Part shown: positions 18,773 to 25,925 of the stretch, one piece after another | How the letters are laid out: each line of letters opens with the position of its first letter | Position numbering within the stretch: position 1 is the stretch's first letter | Virus record (IMG/VR): IMGVR_UViG_3300016265_000464 | Span: 1 to 29,356 of that record | DNA from: a virus | Lineage: Duplodnaviria > Caudoviricetes | Length of the DNA: 29,356 nucleotides | Reading direction: 5' to 3' (one strand) | Notes under the pieces: model-generated | Databases searched by the model: none | What the model was told of the DNA's origin: nothing | Seen by the model: only the letters and a program-made list of their open reading frames with translations | Translations under genes and position numbers: made by a program

Positions 18773-18796
18773 TAACTTTTATTTCGTGTTTTCGTT
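18773..18796 (-). promoter_or_regulatory. putative late promoter AAC-N16-AGTTA (tail operon)
   Basis: Exact motif and spacing, 7 nt before the ATG at 18765. Confidence 0.7.
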
Positions 18797-18955
18797 GTTT
18801 GCGATTGCTATATTGTATGCTTCGTTAAGCATTACCATGTGTTTTCGTATGCTCATAGGGTTGTTTAGAACTATCCTAACGTTTCTACCCTTTCGTTCTT
18901 TTATGTACGCTTGTACTACGGCTATCATTTCCTCAACGGATGGCGTATGTTCCAT
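18779..18955 (-). CDS. small hypothetical protein (58 aa, MEHTPSVEEMIAVVQAYIKERKG...), not in the ORF track
   Basis: Open frame filling the gap between the terminase and chaperone genes. Confidence 0.55.
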   Translation of the reverse strand: MEHTPSVEEMIAVVQAYIKERKGRNVRIVLNNPMSIRKHMVMLNEAYNIAIANNENTK

Positions 18956-20093
18956 AATTTGAGTTTATACCGAGCGTTTCCATCTCGTGATATCTTAACG
19001 CATCTACAGCGTGATTATTTGTATCTACGGGTTTGTTTAGTCTGGTTCCGGACTTGTCTGTATCCCAGCAATAGGCCCTAAGTTCTTTTATTAGGTTCGT
19101 GCTTTGAGTAGTCACTAAATAGTCTTGGCGTTGCATTACATCTATTCCGTAGTTTATAGAATCCTTTCCTTTAGTTACTCCTTTGATCGTTATTCCGTAG
19201 CGTCTTATCTCATCTATAGATTTAGGCTCAGAAGAATCAGCGTATACCGGTACGTGTTTAGGAAGTAACTTAGCTATATCGCTATTAAGCATTCCTGTTT
19301 GATATTTGAGTTCGTTTATTAGTCGCTGACCATTGTAGTTATACACTTCGATTATTGCTGTAGGATCGTTCGTATATCCAAAGTCTAAACCTATGCCGAT
19401 TAACTTTGCCTCTTTTGGTATGGTGTCTATTAGCTTCCAATTACTGAATATAACACCTTCTAACATTCCGATTTCACCTAGTCCATATACTCGCCACCAA
19501 TTAGCCCAATAAGAAGATGTTTCGGCTTTCTGTCTATTCTTCTCTATCTGTTCTACTATAGATTTATCTAAGGCTTCGTTATCCTTGTAAGTAAGAATGA
19601 TAAAATCAGCGTCATGTTCGTCTTTTAGTTCCGTATGCACCCAAAACTCATTAGCTGGGTTAAAGTCTAAGTAAACCTCTTTCTTTGTACGTATGGCAAG
19701 TTCGTTGTAAGATTCGAATGTCACATTATTACATTCGTTTATGTATAGGATGTCACGTCTCGCACCCCTTAGTTTAGAACTGTCATCAGCACTAAAGAAT
19801 TCAAAGTAGCTTCCATTTTTAAATTGGTAGGTGAGCAAAGATTTATTGAACTGATCGTCGTAGTATCTATTGGTCCACTTCAGTATTTTTAGAAAGTCCT
19901 TTAATGCTCCCCTTCTTAGGTGTGGTATTGTTTCAGCTACAACGCTTATTTCTAAGTTAGGTTGTATTATTGCTTTGTTTATTAAGACTGCTAATATTGA
20001 ATACGTCTTGGAAGCTGCTGTGCCTCCTTGTACTATTTTAGTTCGTGATTTTAAAGCAAGTATTTTGTTTGTTGCACTTGTTCTTTTAAACAT
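18933..20093 (-). CDS. terL: terminase large subunit (PBSX/SPP1-like); likely start MFKRTS at 20093
   Basis: Walker A-like QGGTAASKT, Walker B LYINE, DFNP, nuclease motifs GLDFGYTNDP and NHAVDALRY. Confidence 0.95.
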   Translation of the reverse strand: MFKRTSATNKILALKSRTKIVQGGTAASKTYSILAVLINKAIIQPNLEISVVAETIPHLRRGALKDFLKILKWTNRYYDDQFNKSLLTYQFKNGSYFEFFSADDSSKLRGARRDILYINECNNVTFESYNELAIRTKKEVYLDFNPANEFWVHTELKDEHDADFIILTYKDNEALDKSIVEQIEKNRQKAETSSYWANWWRVYGLGEIGMLEGVIFSNWKLIDTIPKEAKLIGIGLDFGYTNDPTAIIEVYNYNGQRLINELKYQTGMLNSDIAKLLPKHVPVYADSSEPKSIDEIRRYGITIKGVTKGKDSINYGIDVMQRQDYLVTTQSTNLIKELRAYCWDTDKSGTRLNKPVDTNNHAVDALRYHEMETLGINSNYGTYAIR

Positions 20094-20556
20094 ATTCCCA
20101 TTTAAAACCATACATTGTTGGCTTTTTACCCGCACAACATTTTTGAATATTTCCTTTATTTAAACCTAAAACTTCTTGAATATGCCCAAATCCATCCCAA
20201 ATCTTAATTATATTTCCATTTAATGTTTTTTGATAAACTTTTTTAGATTGAGATTTTCTTGTATTTTCTTTGGATGTTATCCATTGAAGGTTTATTACAT
20301 TATTATTTTTTTTATTCCCATCAATATGATCAACCTGTGATAAATTTAAATCATTATCTATAAAATGTTCAGCAACCAACCTATGAATAAATATATTTTT
20401 CTGTTTATTATTTATGCTTAATCTAACAAAAAAATAACCATCCCTATGGTTTAATTTACATAATTCTTTTTCTTTACCTATATGACTAATTACATTTCCA
20501 TAATTAGAAATAGAATATCGGTTATCATAACCTTTAATTTTAACGTATTGTTCCAT
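20086..20556 (-). CDS. NUMOD4-HNH-NUMOD1 homing endonuclease; likely start MEQYVK at 20556
   Basis: YSISNYGNV; IHRLVA...VDHIDGNKKNN.V.NLQW; C-terminal IQKCC.GK....GFKW. Confidence 0.92.
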   Translation of the reverse strand: MEQYVKIKGYDNRYSISNYGNVISHIGKEKELCKLNHRDGYFFVRLSINNKQKNIFIHRLVAEHFIDNDLNLSQVDHIDGNKKNNNVINLQWITSKENTRKSQSKKVYQKTLNGNIIKIWDGFGHIQEVLGLNKGNIQKCCAGKKPTMYGFKWEYV

Positions 20557-20579
20557 AGAACAAATATACAAAAAATTAT

Positions 20580-20912
20580 TTACTCACTGTCGTTCTCCTG
20601 AACATCTGGAAATAAAGGTTGTTCTATTATTGTTTGTTCTACTTGCTGAATAGGTGCGCCGTATCCTGAATCCATTAATGCTTTGTATGCGTTTACGTCT
20701 CCTTCCCTTGCTTTCTTGATTAGTGCCAAAGTCATCAAGTCCTCTTGGCTCATCGTTTCACTTTCACCAGTCAAAGGGTTCTTTAAGTTTTGATTAACTT
20801 CTAACCAGTAACGTGCTATTGTGCTTCTGTTCTTTGCTCCTTTCGGTCTTCCGTTAGGGTTTCCGCTTTCGCCTTTTTTAAATTCGTGTTTCTTTATATC
20901 TTCTGCACTCAT
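20580..20912 (-). CDS. terS: putative terminase small subunit (DUF5681-type N-terminus)
   Basis: FKKGESGNPNGRPKG motif; upstream of terL. Confidence 0.75.
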   Translation of the reverse strand: MSAEDIKKHEFKKGESGNPNGRPKGAKNRSTIARYWLEVNQNLKNPLTGESETMSQEDLMTLALIKKAREGDVNAYKALMDSGYGAPIQQVEQTIIEQPLFPDVQENDSE

Positions 20913-20933
20913 TTGACTGCTGTTTTTCTGCTG

Positions 20934-21053
20934 TTATTTTAATTCAAAACTTGCTGTAATTCTATTTGATGAAGTTTGCATATTACCAACTGTAGTTCCT
21001 TTTGATTGTGTAGTTGTTCTTGAAAATCTTGTTGTTATCCATTTATTTGATTT
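20934..21053 (-). pseudogene. possible 3' remnant of a deleted gene (KSNKWITTR...NRITASFELK*)
   Basis: Stop-terminated open frame with no proper start in an otherwise tightly packed region. Confidence 0.3.
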
Positions 21054-21477
21054 GTCTTCCGATTTTTCCAAGTTCCTTGACCACTTCAGCATTGTTGTCG
21101 TAGTGTGCTGTTATACCTAGTTCTTTTATCTTCTCTACTTTGGCTTTATTACTTCCAGTAGCGTACACTTGGGATTCGTTTATTCCTAGTGCTTTGGCTC
21201 TCGCTAACATTCCATCTTTCTCTTGCCTAGCAGAAATGATATAAACATCCGCTCCTTTGCTGATCCATTCTTCAGCTAATCGCATTCCCTTTTCAGTAGT
21301 TAACGTTTCATCGTAGTCAAAACTTACCTTTTCAGAAGCCATCTTTTCTTCAAAGGCTGAACGACATACCGCAGCACGTTGCTCTGTTTCGTACTCAGAG
21401 ATCATTTTATCGTCACTCATGCATCTCTGCATAAATTCATTTACCCTTTCGTAAGGTTTAGGAGTTGGAATCGGCAT
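21043..21477 (-). CDS. HAD-superfamily phosphatase-like protein with a small N-terminal domain
   Basis: Motif I SFDYDETL, motif II YIISAR, motif III K, motif IV HYDNN. Confidence 0.72.
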   Translation of the reverse strand: MPIPTPKPYERVNEFMQRCMSDDKMISEYETEQRAAVCRSAFEEKMASEKVSFDYDETLTTEKGMRLAEEWISKGADVYIISARQEKDGMLARAKALGINESQVYATGSNKAKVEKIKELGITAHYDNNAEVVKELGKIGRQIK

Positions 21478-21841
21478 ACTCTGAATGTATTTTTCTTAAT
21501 TGCGCAATAATGTCTCTCCAGCAACTAGAACAGCTTGTAGGTTCTTGTCTTAGATTAAGTACCCGGTTGTAGATTGCTAGAAGAGCATGTTGATCGCTTA
21601 TTCTTATTTCAGCGTAGTCACGTGCAAAGAAGTTGTTTAAGATTGTATGTTCATCTTCAGTTAAGCAGTTCGCTTTTCTGTAGGGGAATAACTCGTTTAG
21701 CTTTTTCTTTCTTTCCTCGCAATTACAATCTTCGCCCATAGCCCATTTAGCTATTTTAGCTATTCCTGTCGCTTCTAATACTTGTTCAACTGTGTCTCCC
21801 AGTCCTTGTGCTTTAGGCTTCCGCCCTCTTCTTTTTTCCAT
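21458..21841 (-). CDS. hypothetical protein with CxC and CxxC motifs
   Basis: GLGDTVE...DCNCEER..LN and CSSC; probable Zn binding. Confidence 0.7.
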   Translation of the reverse strand: MEKRRGRKPKAQGLGDTVEQVLEATGIAKIAKWAMGEDCNCEERKKKLNELFPYRKANCLTEDEHTILNNFFARDYAEIRISDQHALLAIYNRVLNLRQEPTSCSSCWRDIIAQLRKIHSEYADSNS

Positions 21842-21992
21842 TTTGTATATCTTTTATCATTAATTCTAAGTGTACTATTCTTTCTAACCAATGTTTAGCG
21901 TCGAATAGGTTTCCGCCTTTCTGTAGGCATTCACTATATGCCATGTAGGCTAATTCCTTTTGAGTGTTTAGATATGCTTCAATCGTCTTCAT
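21813..21992 (-). CDS. small hypothetical protein (59 aa, MKTIEAYLNTQKEL...), not in the ORF track
   Basis: ATGA overlap with the upstream stop; fills the gap. Confidence 0.6.
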   Translation of the reverse strand: MKTIEAYLNTQKELAYMAYSECLQKGGNLFDAKHWLERIVHLELMIKDIQNGKKKRAEA

Positions 21993-22171
21993 TTAGTCAA
22001 ATTTATGTATCTTTCTTTTAATTGCTCGAATTCTACTTTTTGCTTTTCGTTTTTCTGTATTAGTTCTTCGTGTTTTTCTCGTAGTTCGTAAAGTTCTAAC
22101 CTCAAGTTATTAATCATGGATCGTATTTCCTCAGGTGTCAGGTATTCGTTATCGTATTCTATTAGATTCAT
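21989..22171 (-). CDS. small coiled-coil hypothetical protein
   Basis: ATGA coupling on both sides. Confidence 0.65.
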   Translation of the reverse strand: MNLIEYDNEYLTPEEIRSMINNLRLELYELREKHEELIQKNEKQKVEFEQLKERYINLTK

Positions 22172-22710
22172 ATTCGTTCTAAGTCGTTGTTTAGTAAATC
22201 TTGGTAGTCTTCACCAACAGCATTTTTAATTCGTTGTTTACAATGCTTTATAGTGTGAAATATAGAAGTCAAACTAATCTTAGTTCCAGCTTCTAACTCA
22301 CGCATAGACTTACCACTATCTCTATATAACTTAAAAAGAATTGAATCGTAGGGATGCCATGATTGTATTTCTGTTTCTATCTTTTGTTCAATGATGTTCT
22401 TGGCTTCGTTTATTTGTCGCTCGTCTGTATCGTCAAAAACATAAATAGCCTCTTTCAAATCCGTTTTTTCAATCTTTCCTTTCTGCTTACAGTAATCGAC
22501 ATAGATGTTACGAAGCACAAACCAAATAAAACCTTTATTGACCTCTCCGTTCTTAATAATCTTTTCCGGGCTTGTGTACTTGTGGATTCTTAAATACATT
22601 TCTTGTACGATATCCTCAGCATAGTTATATTCTCCAAATGATTGCACCACGTTAACGAAGAATTTATGTTCTTTAGCTACGATAGTTAACCAGTTAGTAT
22701 CAGTCTTCAT
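22168..22710 (-). CDS. phage-encoded ECF-like sigma-70 factor
   Basis: Region 2 AEDIVQEMYLRI...LRNIYVDY; region 4 HTH SMRELEAGTKISLTSIFHTIK. Confidence 0.85.
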   Translation of the reverse strand: MKTDTNWLTIVAKEHKFFVNVVQSFGEYNYAEDIVQEMYLRIHKYTSPEKIIKNGEVNKGFIWFVLRNIYVDYCKQKGKIEKTDLKEAIYVFDDTDERQINEAKNIIEQKIETEIQSWHPYDSILFKLYRDSGKSMRELEAGTKISLTSIFHTIKHCKQRIKNAVGEDYQDLLNNDLERI

Positions 22711-22773
22711 ATAACCAATTAACCAACAATAGAAAAACGAATGTACATATCCACACCACTATTCGTGTTTATG

Positions 22774-22781
22774 CAAATATA
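22774..22781 (-). promoter_or_regulatory. Bacteroidota -7 promoter element (TATATTTG) upstream of the sigma gene
   Basis: Matches the TAnnTTTG consensus. Confidence 0.6.
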
Positions 22782-23022
22782 TAACAATTTACTTTTGTTA
22801 GATTCGAGCATGAAGGTAGGTGATAAAAAACAAGTTACCCCTACCCCTATAAGGATAACTTATTAATCACCACAATTTACTTCCGTTGAGTTCTCGCTGG
22901 TAGGTTTCGGCTCAAAGCGGGTGACAAGTTATGGAAGACCCTTTTCTTTGATTTAAGATCGAATGCACTTTTGTTCAGTTCCGTTTTTACGTATCGACAT
23001 CCGTTGTTTTTTGTAGGGAAAT

Positions 23023-23129
23023 AAAAAAACCCGATCAATGTCAGGCTTGACCGAGTTTTAGACGCCAATATAACGATGACGCCAAATAATCTCATTAAAT
23101 ATCACCCTGACAATGATAGGGCAAATATA
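23023..23129 (-). ncRNA. candidate leader/sRNA: promoter, 5' hairpin and terminator with complementary loops
   Basis: Loop TGTCAGG is complementary to terminator loop CCTGACA; terminator AAAACTCGGTCAA/TTGATCGGGTTTT plus U tract. Confidence 0.6.
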
Positions 23130-23132
23130 AAA

Positions 23133-23351
23133 TTATTTGTGATACAAAGTTTCGTAGTACGCTTTTTTTTCTTCAGAAAGGTTTTTTTCTGCTTCATCCT
23201 TACACTTTTTTAGTTCGTACTTGTATTCTGATTCTATACGATCAATTTTAAGGCTATTTTCAGACAGTTTAACGGACTTTTGTACTAAAAGGTATATCAA
23301 TATACCATAAGCAAGAAATAAAACGATTACAGCGTATTTTATGTTTTTCAT
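23133..23351 (-). CDS. single-TM membrane protein with coiled coil
   Basis: N-terminal hydrophobic helix YAVIVLFLAYGILIYLLV. Confidence 0.65.
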   Translation of the reverse strand: MKNIKYAVIVLFLAYGILIYLLVQKSVKLSENSLKIDRIESEYKYELKKCKDEAEKNLSEEKKAYYETLYHK

Positions 23352-23362
23352 GTTTTTAATTT

Positions 23363-23424
23363 AAAAAGGGAAGGACTTTACCTAACATTAATCATCTACT
23401 TAGTACCATTTTTTGCCTTCCCCT
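23363..23424 (-). terminator. long-loop terminator-like hairpin after the HTH gene
   Basis: Minus strand GGGAAGG...CCTTCCC followed by TTTTT. Confidence 0.5.
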
Positions 23425-23428
23425 AAAT

Positions 23429-23626
23429 TTATTCACTTAAGGCTTTTCCGATTTTTTCTAGTGAAGTATCAGTTAATCCTCTTTTTTCTCTAACGTAAAG
23501 CCATAGCTGACTGGAATGAATACCGGCTTTCTTTGCTAGTTTGTGCATTGAATTACCTTTGCTTAAGTATTCGTTTATCATTCTACGGGCTTCGCTACCT
23601 AAAATCGAAAGTTCTCTTTCTGTCAT
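23429..23626 (-). CDS. Cro/XRE-type helix-turn-helix protein
   Basis: SMHKLAKKAGIHSSQLWLYV...LEKIGKAL. Confidence 0.8.
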   Translation of the reverse strand: MTERELSILGSEARRMINEYLSKGNSMHKLAKKAGIHSSQLWLYVREKRGLTDTSLEKIGKALSE

Positions 23627-23670
23627 CTTATTCTGATTTAAAGGTTAATAAATTCCGCAATTAAAACTGC

Positions 23671-23721
23671 GGATAACAGTCAGCAAAGGCAATTGAAACT
23701 GCCTCTGCTTTTGCGTTATAA
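23671..23721 (+). repeat. attC-like imperfect palindrome 1 (GGATAAC...GTTATAA)
   Basis: AAC/GTT core ends; inner stem AGCA-AAGGCA / TGCCT-C-TGCT; loop ATTGAAAC. Confidence 0.6.
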
Positions 23722-23812
23722 GCAAGTGGCGGTGGTTACTGTTCTTCATACAATATAGCGACATGGTTACTTCGCCAGTCTCTGAACATTTACCACTCCA
23801 ACCGCCACCAGA

Positions 23813-23947
23813 CTTATAACAGCAAATATACAAAATTGGGGGTTATGAGTCTATTGAGAACTTCGGCTTCTATAACTGACCCGATTCGATGAACCCACGC
23901 CAACTTTTTAAAGTCCCCAACTTCGTATATTTGCAAAACGTTATAAA
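23813..23947 (+). repeat. attC-like imperfect palindrome 2 (CTTATAAC...GTTATAAA)
   Basis: TTATAAC-A-GCAAATATAC..TTGGGG / CCCCAA..GTATATTTGC-AAAAC-GTTATAA. Confidence 0.65.
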
Positions 23948-24036
23948 ACCAAGGTATGTTACATTACACCACTAACTTTAAAAGTATGTGAGGGTATTAG
24001 CCCACCATCCCCTTGGCATTTATTTTTATTTAAAGG

Positions 24037-24444
24037 TTAAAAAGGTAGGTCGTCATCACCTTCAATCATGTTAGATAGTCCCTGATCGACATGATCCTGC
24101 GCCATTTCCCCATTTAATCCGCTCCAGTGTTTGGTCGATAGGTTCGTTTTTTGTTCCTGCGTTTTGTTCTCGTTCTGGATGCTGAACGCCTGCAACGTAT
24201 TAAAATACTTAACTTCACCAGTCGAAGGGTTTTTCCATTCCCTCCCATTTATGTTAAACGCTATTTCGACCTCCATGCCTACGCCATAGTTGTCTAATAT
24301 AGAAACTTTTTCCTGAGTAAATTCTAACTGAACGCTCTGAGGGTATTGATCCTTCGTAATAATTACGAACTCTCTTTTTTTGAATTTATCACTAACGATT
24401 TGAGTTTCTGAAATTCGTCCGATTTTTCCTGAAATTTTAAACAT
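24037..24444 (-). CDS. single-stranded DNA-binding protein (DUF3127-like)
   Basis: FKKREFV, QYPQ, FNINGREW, YFNTL motifs; acidic C-terminal DDDLPF tail. Confidence 0.85.
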   Translation of the reverse strand: MFKISGKIGRISETQIVSDKFKKREFVIITKDQYPQSVQLEFTQEKVSILDNYGVGMEVEIAFNINGREWKNPSTGEVKYFNTLQAFSIQNENKTQEQKTNLSTKHWSGLNGEMAQDHVDQGLSNMIEGDDDLPF

Positions 24445-25141
24445 TTGCTTTTGTATTTAAGCGGTTATTAATAGTTGTTTTTAGTGTATTGTAATATTCA
24501 CGGCAAAGGATTACACGCTCCTCTATTGCCTTAATTGTTTCCTCGCAATATTCCACATCGAAAATGCGTATTCTTAATTCCTCTGGAATGTGCTCGAAGG
24601 TCATTTGTGAATAAACTTCGGCCTCTAGTTCAGGAGTAGAGTCTAACATTCCTTTTTTCCATACTTGCCTTCTGATCTCGTCTTGGATCATTTGCTCAGG
24701 TGTGTCAACTAAGCAATAAACTAACTTGGCAGAACTTAAACCGGTTAGGTACATATAGGCTTGTAGCTGGTAGTAATATGCTTTGTCAGGTATCTCAGTA
24801 TCAAAAAACGGAAATGTACTCGCAGAGAAGCTGGTTTTAACGTCATATACTATCCCTGAATGTATAACGTCAGGTGTTCCTACTAAATAATCGTTCTCGA
24901 AGGTTGTTTCGTTTTTCTGTGCGCCAAATAAACCTAACTGACGAACCATTAAATCAATCGAAACTGGTTCTTCCGTAGTTCCTTTGTCCGTTGCCTTGCT
25001 CCAAAAGTCTTTCTTTATTCCGAATTTATCTTCTAAATACTTTTCTTCTACTCGTGTTTTACAAGTTTCAGACAAGACTTCCCCTTTAGATCGGGGGTTA
25101 GTCATTATTCTGCCTAATGCGGATGGTCTTTCTTTATACAT
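24437..25141 (-). CDS. YqaJ/lambda-exonuclease-like PD-(D/E)XK nuclease
   Basis: GTPD...DVKTS and YYYQLQAYM.LTG motifs; next to ERF. Confidence 0.85.
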   Translation of the reverse strand: MYKERPSALGRIMTNPRSKGEVLSETCKTRVEEKYLEDKFGIKKDFWSKATDKGTTEEPVSIDLMVRQLGLFGAQKNETTFENDYLVGTPDVIHSGIVYDVKTSFSASTFPFFDTEIPDKAYYYQLQAYMYLTGLSSAKLVYCLVDTPEQMIQDEIRRQVWKKGMLDSTPELEAEVYSQMTFEHIPEELRIRIFDVEYCEETIKAIEERVILCREYYNTLKTTINNRLNTKANV

Positions 25142-25143
25142 GA

Positions 25144-25686
25144 CTAAGAGTTTAACCAGTTATCAATTTCTTTTAATTGATCTTTTGTTAAAGCATATTC
25201 CTTTTTTAATGCTTCAATAGAGTATTCAGCTCTATTTATTGCCTGTAAAGCACGTGTAAATTGATCGTTATTTAATACTTTCTTTTTAGGCAACTGCTCA
25301 CCACCAGCATCCGTGTCTTTGTCGGTTACAAGTCCTAAGATTTGTGAAATGCCATACCTACGGAAATAAGTTAACTGGCTTCCGTAACTCTGAACGATAT
25401 TTTGATTTTTCAACTCTACATCTGGCATTAAACGTAACGATGTTTCAAGTGTTTCTCCGCTTTCTACGTGAAAAACTACCGTTGTTAGATAGTCAACTCC
25501 GTCTTTATGGTTAGTCAACTGCGTGAATCCTAATCCGTGTTTTTTTAGCAATGGGTTAATCACGTTAAAAATTGCGGGAAGGTCTGCATACTGATAAGCG
25601 AAATTACCCTGCCCGGCTGTTGTGCCTTTGAAGATCACCGGCACTTCTTGTTGGAACTCTGCCAACGCTTTAAATAAATGTTTCAT
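25144..25686 (-). CDS. erf: ERF-family single-strand annealing protein
   Basis: YQYADL, VFHVESGE, GSQLTYFRRY...DTDA. Confidence 0.92.
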   Translation of the reverse strand: MKHLFKALAEFQQEVPVIFKGTTAGQGNFAYQYADLPAIFNVINPLLKKHGLGFTQLTNHKDGVDYLTTVVFHVESGETLETSLRLMPDVELKNQNIVQSYGSQLTYFRRYGISQILGLVTDKDTDAGGEQLPKKKVLNNDQFTRALQAINRAEYSIEALKKEYALTKDQLKEIDNWLNS

Positions 25687-25707
25687 ACGTTTGGTTTTTT
25701 ATTTCTA

Positions 25708-25737
25708 CAAATATATAAATAATTTGTTAAATACCAA
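25708..25737 (-). promoter_or_regulatory. Bacteroidota early promoter of the recombination operon
   Basis: TATATTTG with TTG 19 nt upstream; near-duplicate of the promoter at 932. Confidence 0.75.
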
Positions 25738-25742
25738 TTTCT

Positions 25743-25925
25743 TTAAATTAAAATTCTTGGAGCATAATATATTTGAAAGTCATCTATAATATAAATTACT
25801 ACAATTAATTTTCTTTTAAATCGCTTAGGAACGTCTTTATAACCTTTGCCAACGTAAAAACAGTAATCAGCTTTTTTAAGTGGTTGAGGGACTTTATCCC
25901 ATATTTCTTGTAATATATCATTCAT
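25743..25925 (-). CDS. hypothetical protein
   Basis: 60 aa, ATGA-coupled to ninG. Confidence 0.55.
   Translation of the reverse strand: MNDILQEIWDKVPQPLKKADYCFYVGKGYKDVPKRFKRKLIVVIYIIDDFQIYYAPRILI

Noticed and set aside
20003-20029. Non-canonical terminase Walker A (GGTAASKT)
   Set aside because: Ser in place of Gly before KT is a plausible variant; the other ATPase and nuclease motifs are intact, so there is no evidence of inactivation.
22877-23095. 72-aa ORF MRLFGVIVIL...
   Set aside because: It runs through a terminator hairpin and the structured region; more likely non-coding, though a leader peptide cannot be excluded.
23645-23833. 62-aa ORF MYICCYKSGGGW...
   Set aside because: It is a translation across the attC-like palindromes, starts with TTG inside a stem, and has an atypical composition.
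22710-24037. CRISPR mini-array or tRNA in the non-coding-rich region
   Set aside because: No regularly spaced direct repeats and no cloverleaf with a T-loop were seen.
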